The notes under the pieces: generated by a model | What the model was told of the DNA's origin: nothing | The model's input: the letters and a program-made list of their open reading frames with translations, nothing else | Databases searched by the model: none | Made by a program: the position numbers and the translations under genes | Shown here: piece after piece, positions 18,749-26,883 of the stretch | How the letters are laid out: each line of letters opens with the position of its first letter | Position numbering within the stretch: the stretch's first letter is position 1 | Source: Acidimicrobiales bacterium | GTDB lineage: Bacteria > Actinomycetota > Acidimicrobiia > Acidimicrobiales > MedAcidi-G1 | Length of the DNA stretch: 56,899 nucleotides | Direction of reading: 5' to 3' | Assembly (NCBI GenBank): GCA_022451505.1 | Contig: JAKURX010000002.1 | Location: forward strand, 1 to 56,899

Positions 18749-19798
18749 ATGCTGAACAAGCGGACGGCCGTCCCCCGGGCTACTGCCGAGGGCCTCACGG
18801 TGGCCGACCTCTCGGTGGCGTACGACGGGCCGACGGTCCTCGACGACGTCTCGCTCGAGGTGGCGGCCGGTGAGGTGGTAGCGCTCCTCGGGCCCAGCGG
18901 CTGCGGCAAGACCACCCTCCTACGGACCATCGCCGGGTTGGAACGCCAGCAGACCGGAACGGTCCTCCTCGGTGACCGGGTCCTGAGCGACGACCGGACA
19001 TTCGTCCCGCCAGAACGGCGGCGAATCGGGATGGTGTTTCAGGACGGCGCCCTCTTCCCCCACCTCAACGTGGGTCAGAACGTGGCCTACGGCCTCCCGC
19101 GGTCAGAGCGCCGCTCTGACCGGGTGGTCGAGGCCCTGGAGATGGTTGGATTGACCGGCCTGGACCGGCGGATGCCCGGATCGCTGTCCGGGGGTCAACA
19201 GCAGAGGGTTGCCCTGGCCCGTGCCCTGGCTCCACGCCCCGGCGTACTGCTGCTGGATGAACCGTTCTCTGGCCTGGACTCTTCCCTCCGGGTCCAGGTC
19301 CGGGGTGAGATCTACCGCCTCCTGGTGGAGTTAGGCATCACTACGGTCTTTGTCACCCACGATCAGGAAGAGGCGTTCGTCCTCGGCGACCGGGTGGCCG
19401 TGCTCAACGACGGCCGCCTGGCCCAGGTGGGAACCCCCGACGAGTTATACCGCCACCCGGTGGACCGGTGGGTGGCCCGTTTCGTAGGCGACGCCAACCT
19501 GCTCCCGGTGCCCTCGGCCGTCGGAATCTGTGCGACCCCGGTGGGTGACGTACCGGTGTCGCGTGACGTGGACGGGCCCGCCGAACTGCTGTTGCGGCCC
19601 GAGGACATCCGGGTGGCCAGCGGTGGGGACGGCACCGTCGAGCTGGTGGAGTACTACGGCCACGACGCAATGGTCCTGGTCCGGCTCCACGACGGCACAT
19701 TCATCCAGGCGCGCACTGAGCCCGACGTGGCCTTCCAGCGTGGGGACCAGGTGGATGTGACATATGTCGGCCCTGGTGCGGTAGCTCTCGACGTTTGA
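18749..19798 (+). CDS. ABC transporter ATP-binding protein (Fe3+/polyamine FbpC/PotA type)
   Basis: ORF 18623..19798, start reset to ATG 18749 (MLNKRT). Walker A GPSGCGKTT, signature LSGGQQQRVALARAL, Walker B LLLDEPFS, and a C-terminal TOBE-like domain. Confidence 0.9.
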   Translation: MLNKRTAVPRATAEGLTVADLSVAYDGPTVLDDVSLEVAAGEVVALLGPSGCGKTTLLRTIAGLERQQTGTVLLGDRVLSDDRTFVPPERRRIGMVFQDGALFPHLNVGQNVAYGLPRSERRSDRVVEALEMVGLTGLDRRMPGSLSGGQQQRVALARALAPRPGVLLLDEPFSGLDSSLRVQVRGEIYRLLVELGITTVFVTHDQEEAFVLGDRVAVLNDGRLAQVGTPDELYRHPVDRWVARFVGDANLLPVPSAVGICATPVGDVPVSRDVDGPAELLLRPEDIRVASGGDGTVELVEYYGHDAMVLVRLHDGTFIQARTEPDVAFQRGDQVDVTYVGPGAVALDV

Positions 19799-19812
19799 TT
19801 CCCAAATCGCTT

Positions 19813-19842
19813 TTGTTAGGTTCCCTTCACATGTTGTTAAGG
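19813..19842. promoter_or_regulatory. AT-rich intergenic element with direct repeat TTGTTAGG (19813-19820) / TTGTTAAGG (19834-19842) upstream of the binding-protein gene
   Basis: The 82-nt gap between the ATPase and the SBP is far more AT-rich than its surroundings. It shares the TGTTAGG core with the palindrome at 18734-18747. TTAGGTT (19816-19822) matches the first 7 nt of the IdeR consensus. Confidence 0.25.
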
Positions 19843-19880
19843 ACCCTTTACGCATTGAGTCAAGAGGCGGGATCTCACCC

Positions 19881-20918
19881 ATGGGCCAACGACCCTCAAG
19901 GCGACCAAGCCGCATGGCGGCCGCCCTTCTATTAGTTCTTGGGCTCACCGCCATGCTCACAGCATGCGGGAGCGACGATCCCGAGTCATTGACCGTTTAC
20001 TCGGGTCGAAGTGAGAAGTTGGTAGGCCCGATCTTCGAGGCATTCACCGCAGACACGGGTGTCGCCCTAGACGTTCGCTACGGCTCGTCAAATGATCTGG
20101 CTCTGCTCCTGGCTGAGGAAGGAACCAAGACTCCGGCTGATGTGTTCTTGTCCCGGAGCCCCGGCCCCGCTGGGTATCTAGATGATCTAGGCATGTTGGC
20201 GGAACTGGACGACGACGTATTGGCCCGCGTGGCGACTACTGATCGATCCCCCGCCGGTACCTGGGTTGGGTTCGCTGGGCGAGGAAGGGTTCTTGTCTAC
20301 AACGTGGACGAGGTGGCGACCGAAGACCTTCCCGGCTCGGTCTTCGACCTGACCGGCCCTGAGTACGCAGGCAGAGTTGCCGTACCAGGGAGCAACTCCT
20401 CATTCCAGGACTGGTTCACGCTGTTCCGACTCCGCAATGGCGACAACGTTGCCACCGGATGGCTGAACGACATGGTGGCTAACGGGTCCCGCTTCTACCC
20501 GAAAAACGGTGCCATCGTGGAAGCCGTAGGCCGCAACGAGATCCAGTTTGGGCTCGTGAACCACTACTACAACTTCCAGAAGGTGGCCGCGAACGGGAAC
20601 GCCCAGCGGTCGGCCAACCATGGTTTCGTCCCAGGGGATGACGGTGGTCTGATGATCATCGCTACGGCAGCTGTGCTGAATGAGAGCAACAAACAGGGTG
20701 CCGCCAATCGCCTGCTCACCCATCTGCTCAGCGACGAACAGCAGCGGTACTTGACCGACAGCGTCTACGAGTACCCGCTGGCCCTCGGCGTGGCTCCGGC
20801 TGACGTCTTGCCACCGGCTCCGGTCGACCGAGTAGGCGCCGTCGACATCGACGACATAGCGGCCGAGTTCACTCGCACGATCGAGATCATCGAGGCGAGC
20901 GGCGTCCTCGACCAGTGA
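19881..20918 (+). CDS. ABC transporter substrate-binding lipoprotein (Fe3+ FbpA/AfuA-like, SBP family 1)
   Basis: Lipoprotein signal MGQRPSRRPSRMAAALLLVLGLTAMLTAC|GS. Mature part starts LTVYSGRSEKLVGPIFEAF... Confidence 0.8.
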   Translation: MGQRPSRRPSRMAAALLLVLGLTAMLTACGSDDPESLTVYSGRSEKLVGPIFEAFTADTGVALDVRYGSSNDLALLLAEEGTKTPADVFLSRSPGPAGYLDDLGMLAELDDDVLARVATTDRSPAGTWVGFAGRGRVLVYNVDEVATEDLPGSVFDLTGPEYAGRVAVPGSNSSFQDWFTLFRLRNGDNVATGWLNDMVANGSRFYPKNGAIVEAVGRNEIQFGLVNHYYNFQKVAANGNAQRSANHGFVPGDDGGLMIIATAAVLNESNKQGAANRLLTHLLSDEQQRYLTDSVYEYPLALGVAPADVLPPAPVDRVGAVDIDDIAAEFTRTIEIIEASGVLDQ

Positions 20919-20976
20919 ACCAGGGGGCCACGGTGACTAACCGTCGACGAGGCCTCCGCTGGACGAAGCGATCAGG

Positions 20977-22629
20977 ATGACGGACATCACCAAGGTTCCA
21001 CGAACAGGGACTGCTCGACGCCGGACGGGCGTCGGGCGGCCCCCAAAACCACTTCTGGCGACGGCGATCCTCATCGCCGCCTTGTTCGCCCTTCCCGGCG
21101 GGTATGTGGCATGGCGAGCGGCCGGCGGTTCGGAATCTCCGCTGGCTCTCCTCGGATCCCGACAGACCCTTGATCCCCTCTGGCGGACCGTACAGCTGGC
21201 CGCTCTAGTCTCTGTCTCAACCGCTCTACTGGGCACCGGGCTGGCCTGGCTAACCACCCGGACGGACCTGCCGTTGCGCCGCCTCTGGCGAGTTGTCGTC
21301 CCCCTGCCGCTCGTTTACCCCAGCTTCGTGGGTGCCGCGGCATTTATCTCCGGTCTTACTCCCGGCGGCGTGGTCCACGACTTGGCTGGAGTATTCGGCA
21401 TTGAGCTGACTATTCGCCTCCACGGCCTGGTTGGGTCGTGGCTAGTCCTCACCCTCTTTACCTACCCATACGTGTACCTCCCGGTGGCGGCCCGGCTGAC
21501 CACCCTCTCCACCGCCTTCGAGGAAAACGCCCGTCTCCTTGGCGACGGACCCCGCCGGGTGTTTCTCCGAGTCGTCCTACCCCAGGTGGGGCCATCAATT
21601 GCCGCCGGCTCGCTACTGGTGTTTCTCTACACCCTCAGTGATTTCGGCGCTGTGCACCTCATGCGGTTCGAGACTCTCACCCAGACCATCTTCCGCACCC
21701 GCCTCTTCGACCGGGACAGGTCGTTCGCTCTGGCCCTGCTCCTCCTAGTCCTGGCCCTTCTGGTAGTGGCCGCCGAGCGCACGGTGGCCCGTTCCGGAAC
21801 CCGCAGGGGTGCTCGGGTCGGTGCTATCGGCGACCGCCGGGCTCTCGTCGTTCCCCTGGGCCGGTGGAAAGCGGCCTGCACCACGGCCACGGCCGCCGTC
21901 GTTGGACTGGCCTTGGTGGCCCCCGCCGTGTCGCTAGCCGACTGGGGCCTCTTCGGATGGTTCAGATCCCGTCGCGGCGGCACTGGGCTCCGACTGGACT
22001 GGGACGACGTGGTAGCGCCGACGTGGAACACCATCTGGGTGAGCACGGTGACGGCCGTGGTGGCCGTGGCCGTAGTCCTTCCGGTGGCGTACCTCCTAGC
22101 TCGCCACCGCTCCCGGGTGGGTGGCGTAGTCAACGCCGTGGTGGTAGCAGGCTTCGCCATCCCGGGCCTGGTGGTCGCCCTGTCCATGGTCTTTTGGACT
22201 CTGCACGCTTCGCCATTCGAGTTCCTAATCGGCTCGATGCCCGTGCTGGTATTCGCCTACGTGGTGCACTTCGGGGCCCAGGCCGTCCGGACGACCCAGG
22301 TGGCCGTCGAGGCTGTCCCCCTGCGCATGGAGGACGCGGCCCGCCTACTGGGTGCTGGCCGACTACGTCGGCTAGCCACCGTCGAACTTCCGCTCATGGC
22401 ACCAGGCCTGGCCGCCGGCGCTGGGTTGGTCATGCTGTCCACCATGAAGGAGTTGCCGGCCACGCTGCTGGCCTCACCGATCGGCTTTCGGACCCTGGCC
22501 ACCCAGATCTGGAACACCTACGAGGCGCTGTTTCTCCCCGAGATGGCCGTCCTGGCACTGGTCCTGCTGGCCATCAGCGCCACCATGACTTGGTTGCTCG
22601 TCATCCGCCGAAGCGAGCACCTGCGTTAA
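20977..22629 (+). CDS. ABC transporter permease, duplicated two-domain FbpB-like
   Basis: 550 aa and highly hydrophobic, with two repeated halves. The second EAA-like loop is EDAARLLGAGRLRRLATVELPL and the first is ENARLLGDGPRRVFLRVVLP. Confidence 0.85.
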   Translation: MTDITKVPRTGTARRRTGVGRPPKPLLATAILIAALFALPGGYVAWRAAGGSESPLALLGSRQTLDPLWRTVQLAALVSVSTALLGTGLAWLTTRTDLPLRRLWRVVVPLPLVYPSFVGAAAFISGLTPGGVVHDLAGVFGIELTIRLHGLVGSWLVLTLFTYPYVYLPVAARLTTLSTAFEENARLLGDGPRRVFLRVVLPQVGPSIAAGSLLVFLYTLSDFGAVHLMRFETLTQTIFRTRLFDRDRSFALALLLLVLALLVVAAERTVARSGTRRGARVGAIGDRRALVVPLGRWKAACTTATAAVVGLALVAPAVSLADWGLFGWFRSRRGGTGLRLDWDDVVAPTWNTIWVSTVTAVVAVAVVLPVAYLLARHRSRVGGVVNAVVVAGFAIPGLVVALSMVFWTLHASPFEFLIGSMPVLVFAYVVHFGAQAVRTTQVAVEAVPLRMEDAARLLGAGRLRRLATVELPLMAPGLAAGAGLVMLSTMKELPATLLASPIGFRTLATQIWNTYEALFLPEMAVLALVLLAISATMTWLLVIRRSEHLR

Positions 22630-22651
22630 GACCGCCCGACCGGACGGGGCG

Positions 22652-23317
22652 TCAACGTGTTGTGACCAGAATGCGGTCGGCGGCGAAGGACCCGACGTCC
22701 ACTCGTCGGCCAGCGATCTCCACGGTGATCGTTCCCTCGTCAGCCGACCTCACCCGACCCATCTCACCGGGCATCAGGCTGGAGTCCTCCAAGAACTGCA
22801 GCAGACCGTCAGCGAACTCCAGCTCTTCGGGAATGCGGTTCACCGTGAAGGACTCACCCACGGCAACATCGGCTAGGTGTCGGGTGTCAGGCTCCCGGTA
22901 AGAACTACCAGGGATGGGATTTCCATGGGGGCAGGTGGTCGGACTCCCTAAAAGGCGGTTCAGGGCGTCCTCTACGGACGGAGAGATGACGTGCTCCCAC
23001 TTGCCTGCCTCATGGTGGGCTTCGGTCCACGTCAGGCCCAGGACATCGGTTAGGAACCGCTCGGCCAGGCGGTGCCGACGGACCACCGAGGAGGCCAGGT
23101 CCCGACCATCAGCGGTCAGCGAGATCCCCGCCGCGTCGCTGGTGACTAGGCCCTCCTTCTCCATGCGCTTGATCATCTCGGAGACGGCCGGACGGCTGAC
23201 CTCGAGCCGTTCGGCGATCCGAGCCTGGATCACTTCTAGATCATCCTCGGCAAGTTCGAAGATCGTCTCGCAGTACTCCTCGAAGGCCGGGTGGTATTCG
23301 GGCGCCTGGTATGGCAT
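22652..23317 (-). CDS. DtxR/IdeR/MntR-family metal-dependent transcriptional regulator with C-terminal FeoA/SH3-like domain
   Basis: ORF 22652..23380, start reset to ATG 23317 (MPYQAPEYH). Motifs are ARIAERLEVSRPAVSEMIKRMEKEGLV, RRHRLAERFLTDVLGL, HHEAGKWEHV and TTCPHGNPIPG. Hand alignment to IdeR shows H79, E83, H98, E105 and H106 conserved, with M10->E and C102->G. Confidence 0.88.
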   Translation of the reverse strand: MPYQAPEYHPAFEEYCETIFELAEDDLEVIQARIAERLEVSRPAVSEMIKRMEKEGLVTSDAAGISLTADGRDLASSVVRRHRLAERFLTDVLGLTWTEAHHEAGKWEHVISPSVEDALNRLLGSPTTCPHGNPIPGSSYREPDTRHLADVAVGESFTVNRIPEELEFADGLLQFLEDSSLMPGEMGRVRSADEGTITVEIAGRRVDVGSFAADRILVTTR

Positions 23318-23400
23318 GCCGACGATTGTAGGCGTCAGTATTCGATGGCGGCTGAGCGACCCGGTGAGACAGGTCGTCACGGACGGACGATGATTGCACC

Positions 23401-24879
23401 ATGTCCCTCGACCCCCGGGCCCCGGTGATCGTGGGTGTTGCCCAGGTCACCGACCGGGTAAGTGACCCAACGGCCGCCCGGACCCCTGTCGAGTTAATGG
23501 TCGACGCCCTACGCAGCGCGGCAGTCGACGCAGGCAGCCCAGGCTGCATCGCCGGCCTCGAAGTACTCGGCGTGGTCGGTGGGATCTGGAGTTATGCCGA
23601 CCCTGGACAACAAGTGGCCGACCAGGTTGGCGCCAGCATTGCCTCTACCCTGCTCACCGGGCTGTCCGGGACCTCGCCCCAGTGTCTGCTGGACCACCTG
23701 GCCACCCAGATCGCCAGCGGAGACATAGAGGCAGCGGCCATGGTCGGCGGCGAGTCCTATCGGTCGCGCCGACGAGCCCGTCGGATGGGCGTGGACTTCC
23801 GCCGGGACGTAGACGAATCTCTCCCGCCGGCCGAAAAGTATGCGGGCCTGCTGCCAATGGCCACCGACCATGAAATGAGCCGAGGCGTTGTGGCCCCCGG
23901 GGTTTTCTACCCCGTTGTCGAGACGGCGATCCGACACTCCAGGCGCGAATCAGTGTCTGAACACCGACAAAGGGTCGGCGAGTTGTGGTCCCGCTTCAAC
24001 GCCGTAGCCGTGGAAAACCCCCATGCTGCGGTCCGCACGCCGATGACCCCCGACGAGATCACCACACCGATCGATGGCAATCGCATGGTCGCCACCCCGT
24101 ACACCCGAGCCATGATGGCCAACAACAGCGTGGATCAGGCCTCAGCAGTCTTGATCCTGTCGGTTGCCCGGGCCGAAGCGCTAGGAATTCCCCGGGAACG
24201 CTGGATTTTCCCTCAGGTGGGAACACGTGCGGAGGACCCGCCGTCACCCAGTGTGCGTTGGGACCTGCATCGGTCCCCAGGGGCCAGAATCGCTGGCCAC
24301 CGGGCCCTTGCCCTTGCAGATCTAGGAGTCGACGACGTCGATCACCTGGATCTCTACGCGTGTTTCCCGGCGTCAGTGCAGGTGTGCTCGACCGAGTTGG
24401 GTATCGACCTTGACGGAGATCGGCCCCTAACCGTGACCGGTGGACTGACCTTTGCCGGTGGCCCCCACTCCAACTCGGTGGGCCAGAGCCTTGCTGCCAT
24501 GGTGGAGAGGCTGAGAGAACTCCCCGGGACGGGATTTATCTACGCCAACGGCGGGTATTTCGGCAAGCATGCTTTCGGCGTATACGGCTCGGAGCCCCCG
24601 ATAGCCGCGTACCGGAGAGAGAACCTTCAATCCGAGATGGAGGAACTTCCCGTCCGAGTGCCGGATCCCACCTTTGCAGGTAAGGGAACCATCGACGGCT
24701 ACACGGTTGTCTATGACCGAAACGACCGGCCGGAGCATGCCCTGGTGGCCCTCCTAACCGACGAGGGGGCCCGGGTGTGGGGTGGAACCACCGACCGTGC
24801 CACCCTCGTAGCGATGGTCGACGAGGAACACGTCGGCCAGGCAGCTGAAATGGACCCCGACGGACTAGTGGCCTTCTGA
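23401..24879 (+). CDS. Thiolase-like protein (SCP-x/non-specific lipid-transfer-type acetyl-CoA acetyltransferase family) with extra C-terminal domain
   Basis: 492 aa. N-terminus PVIVGVAQVTDR... and ...DLYACFPASVQ... resemble the thiolase-like family. The C-terminal ~100 aa (GTIDGYTVVYDR...ALVALL) look OB-fold/DUF35-like. Family-level call only. Confidence 0.7.
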   Translation: MSLDPRAPVIVGVAQVTDRVSDPTAARTPVELMVDALRSAAVDAGSPGCIAGLEVLGVVGGIWSYADPGQQVADQVGASIASTLLTGLSGTSPQCLLDHLATQIASGDIEAAAMVGGESYRSRRRARRMGVDFRRDVDESLPPAEKYAGLLPMATDHEMSRGVVAPGVFYPVVETAIRHSRRESVSEHRQRVGELWSRFNAVAVENPHAAVRTPMTPDEITTPIDGNRMVATPYTRAMMANNSVDQASAVLILSVARAEALGIPRERWIFPQVGTRAEDPPSPSVRWDLHRSPGARIAGHRALALADLGVDDVDHLDLYACFPASVQVCSTELGIDLDGDRPLTVTGGLTFAGGPHSNSVGQSLAAMVERLRELPGTGFIYANGGYFGKHAFGVYGSEPPIAAYRRENLQSEMEELPVRVPDPTFAGKGTIDGYTVVYDRNDRPEHALVALLTDEGARVWGGTTDRATLVAMVDEEHVGQAAEMDPDGLVAF

Positions 24880-24892
24880 ACCGAGGAGCCCC

Positions 24893-26023
24893 ATGCAGAC
24901 ACCGATCACCGAAATGTTCGGGATCGAGTTCCCGATCCTCGCCTTCACCCACTGTCGTGATGTGGTGGCGGCCGTATCGAAGGCCGGCGGACTTGGGGTG
25001 CTGGGTGCTGTCGGCCACAGCGACAGCGGGCTGGAGACCGACCTAGCTTGGATCGAGGCCGAGATCGGTGACCGCCCCTACGGCGTGGATCTCATCGTGC
25101 CAGCACGGTACGCAGGCTCCGACGAGGGAGGGCTAGACGTCGCCGACCTGGTGGCCGCCATCCCGGGTGCTCACCAAGAGTTCCTCGACGACCTGATGGA
25201 GCGCTACCAGGTCCCCGAGGACCCCGACGCGGCGGGCTGGGCCATACGCCCGGGAGAGGCCCCGTTCTCGGCCAACCGGGCAAGCCAACAACTCGACATC
25301 GCCTTGGCTCACCGCCCCTCGCTGGTTGCCAATGCCCTCGGACCTCCGCCATCTGAAATGGTTCAGCGCTGCCGAGAGGCAGGGGTGAAGGTGGGAGCTC
25401 TGGCCGGTACCCGGGTACACGCCGAACGTCATGTGGCGGCGGGTGCCGACGTCATCATCGCCCAGGGCACAGAGGGCGGAGGCCACACCGGTCAGATCGG
25501 ATCCATGGTTCTGCTCCCCGAGGTAGTCGACGCCGTGGCCCCAGTACCGGTCCTTGGTGCAGGCGGCATTGGGCGGGGTCGCCAAATGGCAGCTGCTATG
25601 GCCCTTGGCGCGGCCGGCGTCTGGTGCGGATCCGTGTGGCTAACCACAGAAGAGGCAGAGACCCACCCGGTGGTCAAATCCAAGATGCTTGCTGCCAGTT
25701 CGGGAGACACCCTGCGCTCCCGGTCGATTACCGGTAAACCGGCCCGCATGTTGCGCACGGCATGGACCGACGAGTGGGACCGGGCCGACACTCCCGAGCC
25801 GCTGGGAATGCCGCTGCAGCCCATGCTGACCAGCGCCGTGATGGAACGCATCAACCGAGCGGCCCACCGCGAGGGTTCGGGAGCGGAGGAATTGGCCACT
25901 TACTTCGTGGGCCAGGTGGTTGGGACCATGAACCGGACCCGGGGCGCCGGACAGGTCGTTCTGGACATGGTGGAGGAATTCATCGACGCCGCCGAGGCGG
26001 TAGCCGCCCAACTCGAGATCTGA
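24893..26023 (+). CDS. Nitronate monooxygenase / NPD-family FMN oxidoreductase
   Basis: Motifs MFGIEFPILAFTHCRDVVAAVSKAGGLGVLG and ...IIAQGTEGGGHTG.... 376 aa. Confidence 0.8.
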   Translation: MQTPITEMFGIEFPILAFTHCRDVVAAVSKAGGLGVLGAVGHSDSGLETDLAWIEAEIGDRPYGVDLIVPARYAGSDEGGLDVADLVAAIPGAHQEFLDDLMERYQVPEDPDAAGWAIRPGEAPFSANRASQQLDIALAHRPSLVANALGPPPSEMVQRCREAGVKVGALAGTRVHAERHVAAGADVIIAQGTEGGGHTGQIGSMVLLPEVVDAVAPVPVLGAGGIGRGRQMAAAMALGAAGVWCGSVWLTTEEAETHPVVKSKMLAASSGDTLRSRSITGKPARMLRTAWTDEWDRADTPEPLGMPLQPMLTSAVMERINRAAHREGSGAEELATYFVGQVVGTMNRTRGAGQVVLDMVEEFIDAAEAVAAQLEI

Positions 26024-26060
26024 CCGGCGCTCCTAACCGACAGATTCGATGCCTGTCTGG

Positions 26061-26822
26061 TCAGGAAAGGCTGACCAATTGCCCGCCGTCAACCAACACG
26101 GCGTGGCCGGTCATCCAACTCGAGGCATCTGAGGCGAGGAAGAGCACCGTTCGAGCGATGTCCTCCGGCTCGCCCAGCCGCTTCAACGGCAGGACCTCGG
26201 CGATGGCGTCGCCCCGTCCGTCTTCCCACAGCGCACGGGCAAAGTCGGTGCGGACCAGGCCCGGGCACACGGCGTTGACCCGAACCGCTGGGCCCACCTC
26301 GGCCGCCAACTGCTCGGTCAGGTGGATGAGGGCCCGCTTGGTCAGGTCGTAGACGCCCAGGATGGCGTTGGTGCCGAAGGCGCCAACCGATGAGACGTTG
26401 ACCACGGCCCCGCCGTGCTCCTTCATCCAGAGGTTCCAGACGGCCTGGGTCCACACCAACGGAGTGGTCAGGTTGGTGGCGAAGGTCTTCTCCCACCTGG
26501 GTATGTCGATGTCGATGACCGGCCCGGCATATGGGTTAGTCGCCGCGTTATTGATCAGTACATCGACTGCCCCAAAAGCCTCCATGGTGCCGTCCAGCAC
26601 CCGTTGCATGTCCTCGCCTTTTCCCACGTGGCCGGCCACCCAGGCCAGGTCGCCACCCGTCGAGGCCCGGAGGTCTTCAACCGTGGCCGCACAGGTCTCC
26701 TCGTTGCGGCTGGTGATCATCACCTTGGCTCCGGCCTCCGCCATGGCTGCAGCAATGCCGCGACCTATTCCTCGCGAGCCGCCGGTAACGATGGCGACTT
26801 TGCCGTCCAGTCGGATGTCCAT
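26061..26822 (-). CDS. Short-chain dehydrogenase/reductase (SDR)
   Basis: ORF 26061..26933, start reset to ATG 26822 (MDIRLDGKVAIVTGGSRGIGRG). Also NNAA and YDLTK. Confidence 0.88.
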   Translation of the reverse strand: MDIRLDGKVAIVTGGSRGIGRGIAAAMAEAGAKVMITSRNEETCAATVEDLRASTGGDLAWVAGHVGKGEDMQRVLDGTMEAFGAVDVLINNAATNPYAGPVIDIDIPRWEKTFATNLTTPLVWTQAVWNLWMKEHGGAVVNVSSVGAFGTNAILGVYDLTKRALIHLTEQLAAEVGPAVRVNAVCPGLVRTDFARALWEDGRGDAIAEVLPLKRLGEPEDIARTVLFLASDASSWMTGHAVLVDGGQLVSLS

Positions 26823-26883
26823 GGCCGGCGACCCTAGGGCCGGGGTCCGTCCCGTCCCGAAGTGGGCGCCGTACCCGATACGG

